This document shows, piece by piece, positions 1 through 8,859 of a stretch of 52,166 nt of DNA. Within the stretch, counting starts at the first letter, position 1; the number at the start of each line of letters is the position of its first letter. Position numbers and translations under genes: made by a program. The notes under the pieces are model-generated. The model did no database searches, was not told the origin of the DNA, and worked only from the letters and a program-made list of their open reading frames with translations. This DNA is from a virus (taxonomy: Duplodnaviria > Caudoviricetes): positions 1-52,166 of the IMG/VR virus record IMGVR_UViG_3300044274_000314; one strand, 5' to 3'.

Positions 1-198
1 ATGCAAAAGCCCCGCCCCCGCCTCGAAGTCATCTACCTTGCCCTGCAGCAGCTCCGTTCGCGCGATATCATCGGCAAAATCGGCCGGCGCGAATACACCG
101 AGTACGGAGATGACAACGCGCTCCTCCAGGAGCTGGCCAAGATCGTGGATGAAGGCCTTCAGGAAGAGATCGATCGCCGGAAATCAGGGCGTCCGTAG
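1..198 (+). CDS. Hypothetical protein, 65 aa
   Basis: ATG at position 1, phage-like codon usage, convergent with the next gene. Confidence 0.55.
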   Translation: MQKPRPRLEVIYLALQQLRSRDIIGKIGRREYTEYGDDNALLQELAKIVDEGLQEEIDRRKSGRP

Positions 199-262
199 TG
201 CAAGCGCACCCTCACTCTTCGGGCTATTCTCCGAGGAAACACAACAGGATGCGGGATTTGGA

Positions 263-460
263 CTATTTTCCTGCAGCGGCCATCTTCAGCTTCAGGAAAA
301 CAACGCACGCTTCGGACGGTCCCCTGCCTTTCGGGCCGAGCCATCCACTCACAACCGGCCTAGAATATCGTTTCCCGGTCAATTCACCCAACTGTTCGGC
401 CAGATCATCCCGGTTGATGCCGAGCTTTTCCATTGCTTCGAGAGCTTCTTCGCGTGTCAT
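263..460 (-). CDS. Small HTH (Cro/XRE-like) DNA-binding protein
   Basis: MTREEALEAMEKLGINRDDLAEQL...SRPVVSGWLG...GPS resembles an XRE helix pattern; divergent from 729-1469. Confidence 0.6.
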   Translation of the reverse strand: MTREEALEAMEKLGINRDDLAEQLGELTGKRYSRPVVSGWLGPKGRGPSEACVVFLKLKMAAAGK

Positions 461-487
461 GGGCCGCAATATAGCCCCGCGCGAGAA

Positions 488-541
488 TTCTGCAAACGCT
501 TAATCTTTTTTCTTGCGCTTCAGTTCAGCAAACGCTAAATA
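488..541 (+). promoter_or_regulatory. Sigma70-like promoter overlapped by two 17-bp direct repeats (candidate operators)
   Basis: TTGCGC (513-518), 17 nt, TAAATA (536-541). Repeats are TTCTGCAAACGCTTAAT (488-504) and TTCAGCAAACGCTAAAT (524-540). Confidence 0.5.
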
Positions 542-728
542 AAAAGCGTCGGCAGGGATGAGGCCGGAAGGCGCCGAGCGAACACAACCCTTCAGATGTT
601 TGAAAACGAGGATGACGATCGGGACCGGAGAGGCCGTCAAGGCGTCTTGTCCCGCCCCGATGGGGCGCTGGCGGATCGCACCCGCCAGACACCGCGCATC
701 AAAGCGCTGACTTACTGGAGAAGTCACC

Positions 729-1469
729 ATGTCAGATACTACAACCTCCACACGCTTTCTCAACGCCTTCTATGGCCGCCGGTTCACGGCGGTCGCGATC
801 ATCGCAGCTTGCTGCGCATCGGCCTCCCTGAATATCTGGGGCGGCACGATGATGTTCCCGAACCTGATCACCTCGATCGTGTTCGGCGTAATGATCGCCT
901 GCGGCGAGTTCATCGCCGCTACTGCGCTCCGTCACATCGTGGCGGACTTTGAGAACAACCGGTACTGGAAGGCCCGCCTCGGCTCGCTGATCCTGGCCCT
1001 CGCCATCACCGGCTGCGTCATTTCCGGCCACAAGGCTTTCAGCACGCTGTTCCTTGAGGCTGACGCAAACTACACCGCCCTGCAGAAGCGGGCAGAAACA
1101 ATTCAAAAGGTCGCTGACGAGTACGCCGCCATCTACGCGGCCGACGACAGCGAAATGAACGGCAAGCGGTGGGAGCTGCGCCAGCGGAACGCTGACCGCG
1201 CTGCCCTCGATGTCCTCAAGGCGAAGCCGCCGAGCGAGGCCGTCATCTACGTGATGCTGGCCTTGTTCGAGATCACCAAGATCGGCGGCCTCTACGCATT
1301 GGCAACCCCGTCCTCGCGGGGGCTCACGCACCGCCAGCGCAAGGCGCAGACACGTATCCAGAAGATCAATGATGCCAAAGCAGCCATCCGGTACGAGCAG
1401 CAGCTCAGAGCGGCGATGGCAGCAGAAGACGACGACAACGTCATCGACATCAAACGAGCCAAAGCGTGA
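729..1469 (+). CDS. Multi-pass membrane protein with coiled coil (accessory or moron gene)
   Basis: GGAG RBS; three N-terminal hydrophobic segments, a helical region, a fourth hydrophobic segment and a basic C-terminus; followed by its own terminator. Confidence 0.75.
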   Translation: MSDTTTSTRFLNAFYGRRFTAVAIIAACCASASLNIWGGTMMFPNLITSIVFGVMIACGEFIAATALRHIVADFENNRYWKARLGSLILALAITGCVISGHKAFSTLFLEADANYTALQKRAETIQKVADEYAAIYAADDSEMNGKRWELRQRNADRAALDVLKAKPPSEAVIYVMLALFEITKIGGLYALATPSSRGLTHRQRKAQTRIQKINDAKAAIRYEQQLRAAMAAEDDDNVIDIKRAKA

Positions 1470-1473
1470 ACTA

Positions 1474-1511
1474 AAGCCCCCGCGGTCTCAGGACTTCGGG
1501 GGCTTCTTTTT
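1474..1511 (+). terminator. Rho-independent terminator
   Basis: Stem AAGCCCCCG/CGGGGGCTT followed by a T-tract. Confidence 0.75.
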
Positions 1512-1528
1512 GTCTGGATTTCAGGCAC

Positions 1529-1561
1529 AAAAAAATGCCCCCCACCCGAAGGCAGGGGGCA
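1529..1561 (-). terminator. Rho-independent terminator ending the late (minus-strand) operon
   Basis: TGCCCCC...GGGGGCA stem preceded on + by A7 (T7 on minus). Confidence 0.7.
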
Positions 1562-1595
1562 AGTGCGCCTGACGCACAAAGGGAGGAAACTCGCG

Positions 1596-2042
1596 TCAGG
1601 TCGATTTCTTCGTCGCGGGCTTCCGGGGTGACTTGCGGGTGGGCTGCGGGGTTTGCTCCAACCGTTCGACGTATTCCTTCAGGTGACGGACCTCCGTTTC
1701 GAGGGAGGCGATCATCACCTTCATGTCGCTGATCGTATTGTGGAACTCATCCCGCTCGAGCCGGAGCGCCTTGATGACGCCCTCGGCACTGGCGCGCCCG
1801 CGGATCGCAGGCAATGCCACCAGCCAGTGATTCAGCCCGCCACCGCACAGCATGAAGCCCAGCATCGCCATCACCACACCGAAGGGTGAGTTGATGACCG
1901 GTTCGACTTGCGGCCAGCGCATCACGACAAATGCGCAGAGCCCGCCGAGTGCCGAGATCAGCGTGATGGCCTGTATCCGGAATCTGATGTGGACGGAGCC
2001 GTCCGCATCGTTTCCGGCGCTCTGGTTCTTCTGCTGCCCCAT
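1596..2042 (-). CDS. Membrane protein with 2 TM segments and a coiled coil; holin or lysis-accessory candidate
   Basis: Two hydrophobic segments, heptad region, basic tail; last gene of the lysis cluster. Confidence 0.6.
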   Translation of the reverse strand: MGQQKNQSAGNDADGSVHIRFRIQAITLISALGGLCAFVVMRWPQVEPVINSPFGVVMAMLGFMLCGGGLNHWLVALPAIRGRASAEGVIKALRLERDEFHNTISDMKVMIASLETEVRHLKEYVERLEQTPQPTRKSPRKPATKKST

Positions 2043-2054
2043 AGTGCCGCCCCC

Positions 2055-2642
2055 TTAGTCCTTGACCACGCAGGCCATGAGACGGTCAGCGGACGCCTGT
2101 ACGGGCGCCCAGACGGCCAGGTATTCATCCAGCGGGATATCAGGATCCTTGGAGAAGCCGTCGATGATCCCGCCCGTGTTGGTGCCGACGATCCGTCGTG
2201 CAGCAAAGCCCGCCAGATAGACGCGGTAGCCGGTAGGGTTGTCCAGGCCAATCGCCCGGCCAGCATCGGAGAGCAGATCAGGAAGCTGCGTGGTCACAGC
2301 CTTCACGTCGCCGCGAGCACAGAACTTGCCGGTTGCAGGATCCGTTTGCAGCGCGCCGTCGATGACGACGCAGTTAGCAGCCGAGTCCGCATAGGCGCCG
2401 ACGATGGAGCGCACCTTCGGGCCATACTCGGCGATCACGGCTTTGGTCTCCGGCTCGAGGATGCCGATCTCACAGAGGTCTGCCAGGTCGGAGATGGCCG
2501 GGCCGACATCCGCCTGAACAATCGCAGCCGCCTGACGGGGCGTGTTGTCCTTGTCGCGGACGGAAGGGAGTGCCTGGATGGAGGCACATGCGGCCATCGA
2601 CAGCGACATCACTGCCACGGCCATCAGTTTGAGAAGTTTCAT
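2055..2642 (-). CDS. Lipoprotein in the lysis cassette (spanin-like candidate)
   Basis: MKLLKLMAVAVMSLSMAA-C lipobox, AAAGG RBS, downstream of the endolysin. Confidence 0.7.
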   Translation of the reverse strand: MKLLKLMAVAVMSLSMAACASIQALPSVRDKDNTPRQAAAIVQADVGPAISDLADLCEIGILEPETKAVIAEYGPKVRSIVGAYADSAANCVVIDGALQTDPATGKFCARGDVKAVTTQLPDLLSDAGRAIGLDNPTGYRVYLAGFAARRIVGTNTGGIIDGFSKDPDIPLDEYLAVWAPVQASADRLMACVVKD

Positions 2643-2655
2643 GGGATTGCCCTTT

Positions 2656-2772
2656 CTATGGGTAGAGGTTCCCGTGCTGAGCCATCATCAGATCAGCGAA
2701 CAGGAGCCCGAGGAGGATTGAGAGTGCGAGGAGTGCGGCGACGATCAGGATTGCCTTGAGCGCGCGACGCAT
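2656..2772 (-). CDS. 38-aa single-TM peptide, not in the ORF track
   Basis: Manual translation MRRALKAILIVAALLALSILLGLLFADLMMAQHGNLYP*; fills the gap between endolysin and lipoprotein. Confidence 0.6.
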   Translation of the reverse strand: MRRALKAILIVAALLALSILLGLLFADLMMAQHGNLYP

Positions 2773-2777
2773 GGCCT

Positions 2778-3392
2778 TCACGCGGCCTGCTTCATGGCAG
2801 GGGGCGCACCACCCGCACGAGCCATGATCATCGCCTCAGCGCGGCCGAGGGCCATCGCAGTGGCGAAACTGGTGACGCTAAGGAGCCGGCGCATCCAGCC
2901 CTTCCCGAACGTCCGGAAGGTCGAGAGGTCGAAGTAGAACCAGAGACGCGTGTTCCCGACCTCGTTGATCAGATCAAAGACGTTGATCTTCGAGGCGGCA
3001 GACAGCGTCTTCGGCCCCATCATGCCGTCGACCTGGATGTGGATTCTGCCCAGCTCGTTCACGGCCTTCTGCAGCATCCGCACTGCCCGGCCAGGACCGG
3101 AGTTGACGGAGATGTCGAAGACAACGAAGTCGAGCCCGCCCGGCAGCTCGTCCGCCCGGACAGGGCTCCAATACCAGGCGTGATAGAGCGGCATGATCTG
3201 GTCGATGGAGAGGGAGCGCATCTCCTCGTCGGAGACCTCCTTCACCTTCCGGCCGGTCCAGCGCGCCCACGTCTTCTTCGTGACACCGCGCATGGTCACG
3301 CCGCCCGGATCGTCCGGATGGTTGGCGTATCCACCCTCGTGAGACAGTGTCTCCGCGAGCGCGATCTTGAAGTTGGGGGAGTAGATTCTCAT
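2778..3392 (-). CDS. Endolysin, glycoside hydrolase family 108 with C-terminal peptidoglycan-binding region
   Basis: HEGGYANHPDDPGGVTMRGVT, FDISVNSGPGRA, VDGMMGPKT and FGKGWMRR motifs; start MRIYSP overlaps the upstream stop (ATGA). Confidence 0.93.
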   Translation of the reverse strand: MRIYSPNFKIALAETLSHEGGYANHPDDPGGVTMRGVTKKTWARWTGRKVKEVSDEEMRSLSIDQIMPLYHAWYWSPVRADELPGGLDFVVFDISVNSGPGRAVRMLQKAVNELGRIHIQVDGMMGPKTLSAASKINVFDLINEVGNTRLWFYFDLSTFRTFGKGWMRRLLSVTSFATAMALGRAEAMIMARAGGAPPAMKQAA

Positions 3393-3949
3393 GGGAGTGG
3401 CACCCCCTTGCTCTTGAGGTAGCTGGTGGCCGCGAACTTGACCGCCATGAACACAGCCTTCCGGATGCCGGCGCCGCGTTCGTGATAGACCGCCTCCCGA
3501 CCAGCCACCCGCTCGACCAGGTCGGCATTGTCCGGGTCGATGCGGGTGATGCGATCGGGGAACGCATGGCGCGCAAACTCGACACCCATGAACGCCACCT
3601 CGCGGTGCGCCCACTTCACGCCGAGGTCTTCCATCGCCGACTTGTAGAGGAGGTTGGCTTCCTTCAGGGAGATGAGCCTGCTTTCGAGTGCCCAGTCATG
3701 GATTGCCGCCGGTCCCCACCACTGAGGGTGCTGAGGCTGCCAGAGCCGGAGCGGACGGGGCAACGAGTGGATGTCGAAGACGAAGCCTTCCGGCACCTCA
3801 AAGTCGCGGTACCAGAGCTTCCGCAGGATGCGGTATTCCGGACGCCCCTGCCGGAGCGTTCCGGTTTTCTCGACCTCGGTCGGGTGGAGCACGAGGCCTT
3901 GAGCCACCTCCACCGTCGCAGGCCGCACGTAGTGAGGCGTCCAGAGCAT
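3389..3949 (-). CDS. DUF1353-like phage protein
   Basis: VPEGFVFD.HSLPR...AAIHDW...ANLLY..AM..LGV pattern. Confidence 0.75.
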   Translation of the reverse strand: MLWTPHYVRPATVEVAQGLVLHPTEVEKTGTLRQGRPEYRILRKLWYRDFEVPEGFVFDIHSLPRPLRLWQPQHPQWWGPAAIHDWALESRLISLKEANLLYKSAMEDLGVKWAHREVAFMGVEFARHAFPDRITRIDPDNADLVERVAGREAVYHERGAGIRKAVFMAVKFAATSYLKSKGVPLP

Positions 3950-3954
3950 GGCGA

Positions 3955-4317
3955 TTACCCCACCGGCGTGTGCGGAGGCGGAGCGGACGGCCGGGGCAGA
4001 CCATTGTCCGGAGCCGTCGACGGTGCAGGCTCCGGGGTTGGTGCTGGCGCTGGCGCCTGCGCTGCAGCGAAGTCGTCCAGGACAAACTGAAGTCCGTTCT
4101 CGGACAGCACCTCGCCGATCTGCTCGCGCAGCTCAGCGTACTTGGCGATCACGTTCTGATGAGCTGCGATCGCTTCCTGCTCGGCCTCAGCGATCTTGAC
4201 GATCAGGCCTTTGACCTTCGGGCTCTCCTTTAGGCGCTGAGCCAGCAGCGGGATCATGCCCTGCAGGGCCATGTTGATCAGGACTTCGTTGTCCGCCTTG
4301 TTACCTAGCAAAGACAT
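3955..4317 (-). CDS. Hypothetical protein, coiled coil with Pro-rich tail
   Basis: GGAGG RBS before MSLLGNK; operon position. Confidence 0.7.
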   Translation of the reverse strand: MSLLGNKADNEVLINMALQGMIPLLAQRLKESPKVKGLIVKIAEAEQEAIAAHQNVIAKYAELREQIGEVLSENGLQFVLDDFAAAQAPAPAPTPEPAPSTAPDNGLPRPSAPPPHTPVG

Positions 4318-4386
4318 AGGGTTTGCCTCCTTCAGGGGCATCTGGGGTGGGTTTCCGGGTGGTGGAGTGGTGAGCCGGCCGACGTG

Positions 4387-4665
4387 TCAGGCAGGCAGGG
4401 TTGGCGCGACAGCATCGCGCACGGTCGCCGCTTCTCCACGAAGCTCGTGGTGTTGGAGTGTGGCGATCAGGTGAGCGGCCCCGCAGAGGATTCGACGCCC
4501 CTGCTCATCAAGGGAGTCGACGTCCTTCAGAGCGTTGAAGACACCGACGATGCGGGAGACCGGGGATATCGTACCGACCGCCGCGCTATAGGCAGGATTA
4601 CTGACCGCCGGGGTGTACCCATTGATCATGGTGCTGAGCTCGGTGAAGACGGTCGGGTAAGTCAT
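4387..4665 (-). CDS. Hypothetical protein, paralog of 4662-4976
   Basis: Shares VFxALKxVxxLDxxGRxILCGAAxL and PTLPA with its neighbour. Confidence 0.75.
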   Translation of the reverse strand: MTYPTVFTELSTMINGYTPAVSNPAYSAAVGTISPVSRIVGVFNALKDVDSLDEQGRRILCGAAHLIATLQHHELRGEAATVRDAVAPTLPA

Positions 4666-4976
4666 TCTGCCGGCACATCCTCTGGTGCCGGCTCAGCCGG
4701 AAGCGTCGGAAATACGGCCGCGAACACTTCGAGCGCTTCCGTGGGAGGCTTGACCCACCCGTAGGTGATGCACAGCTGCGCGGCGCCGCAGAGGATCTGG
4801 CGGCCTTCGTCATCCAGGCCTTCAACGCTCTTCAGTGCTTCGAAAACCTGAACTGCCATGTTGCGGCCAGACGCATTCGCGGTCGCCACCTCATAAGCGT
4901 CAACACTTCCGGGAACATTCGGCAGGTATGCGGACGCCACCGCCTTGAATTCTGTCACGTTCTTTGGGTAGCTCAT
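4662..4976 (-). CDS. Hypothetical protein, paralog of 4387-4665
   Basis: ATGA overlaps at both ends; conserved motif shared with its neighbour. Confidence 0.75.
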   Translation of the reverse strand: MSYPKNVTEFKAVASAYLPNVPGSVDAYEVATANASGRNMAVQVFEALKSVEGLDDEGRQILCGAAQLCITYGWVKPPTEALEVFAAVFPTLPAEPAPEDVPAE

Positions 4977-5488
4977 TTTGCCATTCTCCACTTCACCTGG
5001 CTGGGTACTTGCCGGGCTTCTTCTGTAAACTGATAAGGCCCCGCCCCTGGCCGATAGATATGATCTGTGAGGCTATCGAGCACCCACACATCCGGTCCAA
5101 TCTGGACCTCGAGGACCGCGTGAACCCCGCTCGCTTCGGCCGTATCCGCTTTGCCGATCACGATCACCATACTGTTCGATGGCTGACCAAGCGACAGCAA
5201 CGCCGCCCGGAACGACAGGGCATAGTCTTCGCAGTCGCCGGTCTTATCGTCTGGAAAGGCCCGCCAGCTATCAAGCGGGTCTTCGGTTGGGATGAATTGG
5301 CCAACGATTCCGGCCTGCACATAAGCCAAGTCTTCCGGCGTGAGCGGCCTTCCTAAATCGCAGGATGGATCACGCGATTGACCGCAATATTGGAGCCACC
5401 CGTAGGGCGGGATGGCGGCAGCAGGATCCGCCCACGCCGGAAGCCGTGCGATCGCCACGATGAGCGCCGCGCGGATTAGCTTTCCCAT
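4973..5488 (-). CDS. Transglutaminase-like cysteine peptidase (BTLCP/C93, LapG-like)
   Basis: PPYGWLQYC, GDCEDYA (Cys), HAVL (His), WVLDS (Asp); hydrophobic N-terminus. Confidence 0.85.
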   Translation of the reverse strand: MGKLIRAALIVAIARLPAWADPAAAIPPYGWLQYCGQSRDPSCDLGRPLTPEDLAYVQAGIVGQFIPTEDPLDSWRAFPDDKTGDCEDYALSFRAALLSLGQPSNSMVIVIGKADTAEASGVHAVLEVQIGPDVWVLDSLTDHIYRPGAGPYQFTEEARQVPSQVKWRMAK

Positions 5489-8400
5489 GTGAGGTAAACT
5501 GGCGAGGTGAACTGCACCTTGTTGCCTACGGCATCAGTTGCCGTCGTGATGACGAAGCCGCGGACATATTGGCCGACCGTCCCGGAAGCCGTAACCGCCG
5601 TCGTGGTGCCGCTCGCCGACGTAATGGTTGCGTTCGGCCCCGACGTGTAAGTGATGACCAATTCATGCGCGAAGGTGATCGCTCCCGACCCGCCTGTCGC
5701 GCTAAACGTCACTGCGCCCGTGTTGTTTGTCCCCGAGCCGATCTTGACGTTCACGAAGTCGCCGCTCGCGCGCGTAACCGAAATGGGCGTTACGCTCGAC
5801 GAAATGTTCGCCACTAGGCCCCATGAACCCGAGCGCCGAATAAAAAGTTCGTCGGTCGTCGTCTTGAACCATAGCGACCCGTTCGCGACCGCGCCGGGGT
5901 CGGCCGATTGCTCATAGTAGTTCGCCGTCGCGAAGACGCCTTGATCCTTAACGCTGTCGGAAACATTGTCCTCGGTCGGGTCGGCGCCTGGCGTGGCCGG
6001 GAAGCCAGGAGAGAACAACGGGACAACACTTTGACCGGCCGGCATGAGGCACGCCAGAGGATCGGCGACCTTACACACCATGGACCCGGAGCCGCTGGCG
6101 TAGAATAAGGCTGCGATGCAGGCTTGCGTTGCGCCAGATGGAACAGTTCCGATGACGGAAATATCCTGAAACGTTTCGCCACCGCCGGTTCCGGTTGGGA
6201 TGGTTCCGGAATAAGTTTGTGTGCTGGTGCCAACCAGCGTGCCGGCATCGTCCCGATACTCAAACCGAACCGCTATGGATGAAATCGGGCCGGTCCCCGC
6301 GCACTTAACCCGCGCGCCGACACGGTCGCCTGGCTGCACCCTCAGCGCGTTTGTGTTGTGAACAGTGCGGAAGCGTCGGTATTGCGAAGCTGCGCTAGGG
6401 CTCGCCGTTTGCGTCCAGACGCGGAGCCCCTGCGCCTGCGTCGCCACGCTCATGGTGCCGTAAGTGGCCGTCCCGTCCCGGCTCCAGAACGTAAGCAGGC
6501 CGGCCTCAACGACATGGAATCCTGTGTCGAAAAGAGCATTCTGCCCGGCCGGCACCTGCGCATTGCTGGCCTCGGCCTCGGTGGCGGTCGCGCCCCATTG
6601 CTGCCCGATGAACGAGTCCGCCACTCCCGACGTCGCCGCTTCATAGGTGCTCGTTGAAGTGACGTTGACCTGCGAGCTCCAGTCAGAGATGCGCTCACCC
6701 AAGCGTGCTCGGAAACGGAACGCAATCGACGTGGACGGTGGCGCGCCCGCGAGCGCAACGACCGTTGCGACGTTGCCGGGGATCTTCGCGATGTAACGAT
6801 CAGAGCCAGCCGCCACACCGTACTCGATTTCAATCTCATCACCGGTGAAATCGGCATAGCCGGAGTGCGTGAACTCGAATGCCGGCACAGTCGAGCCGCC
6901 ACCTGAAAGCGCGACAGCCACAACGGACACGGATGGAACTGGCAGATCCGGAAGCGACAGCTGCGGCAGCGCCGGCGGCACAGACAGGTCGACAGCAGTG
7001 GACTCATCCCAGACCAGCTCGTCCGGATAGACCTCGGAGGCCTTGATCGAGACGCTGCCGTCGATGAAACGCTCGACCTCGTCGGCGATGAACATCTTAC
7101 CCGATGGAAAACCGCGGATCACCGACTCGCGGACAAACCATTCGCCAGGCTCGATCGCCTTCGCCTTGGTCCCGTATGTCTCCTCCTGATCGAGGATACG
7201 ACGGGAGTCCTCGATGATCAGCTTGAAGATACGCTGACCGCGCTCGCCACTGTTCTCGAGATCAAGATTGCGGGTGTCGCTGATCTCACCATTGTCGGCG
7301 TCGACATACGCGGCCACCTGGACCGCCGGAACATCGTCCTTCTTGTAGTCGTTGGCCGGGTTGATGAACTGACCATCGATCGTGTTCACCATGTCATCGA
7401 TGCGGCCTGCCGGATCGATCTTCGTGGTGCTGCCGCGGACCAGATCATCGTCTGTGAGCGTTACGACCGGCGTGCGGATGATAGGTGGGCGGAACGCGAC
7501 CCGGCCGCCCTGATCGATAACGCGCGCAGCCATCTGGTCCGCGAGACGCTGCAGGTTCTTGTCATGGCTCTGGTCGGCCGAGAGGATGCCGTTGACCTCA
7601 TAGCGCTTCTGTGTGCCGCCGGCCTTCAGCGCAACGTTCTCGTCGCAATGATCCGCGAGCGCCTCGAATTCCGCATACGGGACAGCATCCCGGTCCTCGC
7701 CGACACCGAACCAGAAGTCTGTCGACCCCGACATGATCCGAATGCCGCTACGATAGTGGTCGGCCGCGACCATCGCATTCGTGGTGTAGACCCAGGTGCT
7801 CGGATCATCCCAGCGCTGCGTGCCAGAGCCGCCGGCCGTGGAGTCCTGCCGGCGGTCATATAGCCGAGCGCCCTCACCACCGAAACGGTAGTCGAAGTTC
7901 TCAGGCAGGTCGCTGTCCCAGAGGTGCTCGACAATCACATAGGCGACACCGCGGAGGCGGTGGTTCGTCGTCCAGTTGGTTGCCTGCCCGACCAGGTAGC
8001 TGTCGGCAACCTGATTGTCGCGGCCATCATAGAACGTGACCCAGCAGCGGTTCTCGTTCTTGTCGCCCTGCAGGCGGACTAGCGTGCGGGAGCCATGGGT
8101 AAGCGCAGTGCTGCGGACCAGGTCCCCGTTGATCCAGACCTTGTCGAGCTTGTTGATCCGGTGATCAGCGATCGCGTAGACGCGGACGAGGTTCTTGTTC
8201 TGCTGGCCAACCGTGAAGGCGCCCACGAATGAGCCCGTCGTGGCGAATCGCCCCAGCGCCAGCTTTCGCGGCTCCGGCTTGAACTCGTCCATCAGCTGGA
8301 CCTGAACCGTTCCTGCCTTCTTGTGCTTTGTTCGCCATGCGAGCGTCACTCCCTCGAGCTGGGCCATCAGGTCGAAACCAAGGTCCCCTGCGAACACGCG

Positions 8401-8859
8401 CTTCTGACTGGCAGACGATCGCGTCTCCATCCGGCGTTCGAGATAGGCGAGCGCGCCGCTCTCGATCTCCATGGTCAGCTTCGCTGGCTCATCCGCTTTG
8501 AGCTCATCGGCGAGGCTACGGATTCGGCCGCGCTCGTCCGCGAGCGCATCACCATCGTCTGGGGTCTGTCCGGTGTCCCACGCCATACGACGCAGGCGCA
8601 CCTGACGACGCCGCCACGTCTGGTCCAGAAGGTAGCCGATCGGATCCGTGTTGTCTGACTGCCGGGAGGAATCGAACTCAAGCGAGATCGTCTCCGACTT
8701 GAGCGATGCCTTGCGCTTCAGGCTGTCCGGTGTCTTCCAGCGGGTGCCGAGACCAGTGTAGCTGTTGCCATCGAACGTGACGGAGCCATTGCCGCTCCAC
8801 CAGCGCAGCGTCTCGCCATCAAGCGTGATGTCCAGGAACCAGCGCGCGATCCGGGTCAT
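5476..8859 (-). CDS. Tail tip / host-specificity protein (J-like or megatron-like) with N-terminal hub-like domain
   Basis: 1127 aa after Dit. Contains HRLRGVAY, LYDRRQDSTAGGSG..RWDDPSTW and RYEVNG motifs typical of alphaproteobacterial tail tips, then FN3- and CBM-like C-terminal regions. Confidence 0.85.
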   Translation of the reverse strand: MTRIARWFLDITLDGETLRWWSGNGSVTFDGNSYTGLGTRWKTPDSLKRKASLKSETISLEFDSSRQSDNTDPIGYLLDQTWRRRQVRLRRMAWDTGQTPDDGDALADERGRIRSLADELKADEPAKLTMEIESGALAYLERRMETRSSASQKRVFAGDLGFDLMAQLEGVTLAWRTKHKKAGTVQVQLMDEFKPEPRKLALGRFATTGSFVGAFTVGQQNKNLVRVYAIADHRINKLDKVWINGDLVRSTALTHGSRTLVRLQGDKNENRCWVTFYDGRDNQVADSYLVGQATNWTTNHRLRGVAYVIVEHLWDSDLPENFDYRFGGEGARLYDRRQDSTAGGSGTQRWDDPSTWVYTTNAMVAADHYRSGIRIMSGSTDFWFGVGEDRDAVPYAEFEALADHCDENVALKAGGTQKRYEVNGILSADQSHDKNLQRLADQMAARVIDQGGRVAFRPPIIRTPVVTLTDDDLVRGSTTKIDPAGRIDDMVNTIDGQFINPANDYKKDDVPAVQVAAYVDADNGEISDTRNLDLENSGERGQRIFKLIIEDSRRILDQEETYGTKAKAIEPGEWFVRESVIRGFPSGKMFIADEVERFIDGSVSIKASEVYPDELVWDESTAVDLSVPPALPQLSLPDLPVPSVSVVAVALSGGGSTVPAFEFTHSGYADFTGDEIEIEYGVAAGSDRYIAKIPGNVATVVALAGAPPSTSIAFRFRARLGERISDWSSQVNVTSTSTYEAATSGVADSFIGQQWGATATEAEASNAQVPAGQNALFDTGFHVVEAGLLTFWSRDGTATYGTMSVATQAQGLRVWTQTASPSAASQYRRFRTVHNTNALRVQPGDRVGARVKCAGTGPISSIAVRFEYRDDAGTLVGTSTQTYSGTIPTGTGGGETFQDISVIGTVPSGATQACIAALFYASGSGSMVCKVADPLACLMPAGQSVVPLFSPGFPATPGADPTEDNVSDSVKDQGVFATANYYEQSADPGAVANGSLWFKTTTDELFIRRSGSWGLVANISSSVTPISVTRASGDFVNVKIGSGTNNTGAVTFSATGGSGAITFAHELVITYTSGPNATITSASGTTTAVTASGTVGQYVRGFVITTATDAVGNKVQFTSPVYLTWES

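Noticed and set aside
596-952. 118-aa plus-strand ORF upstream of and overlapping 729-1469
   Set aside because: Out-of-frame overlap with a better-supported gene, Arg-rich composition, no clear RBS.
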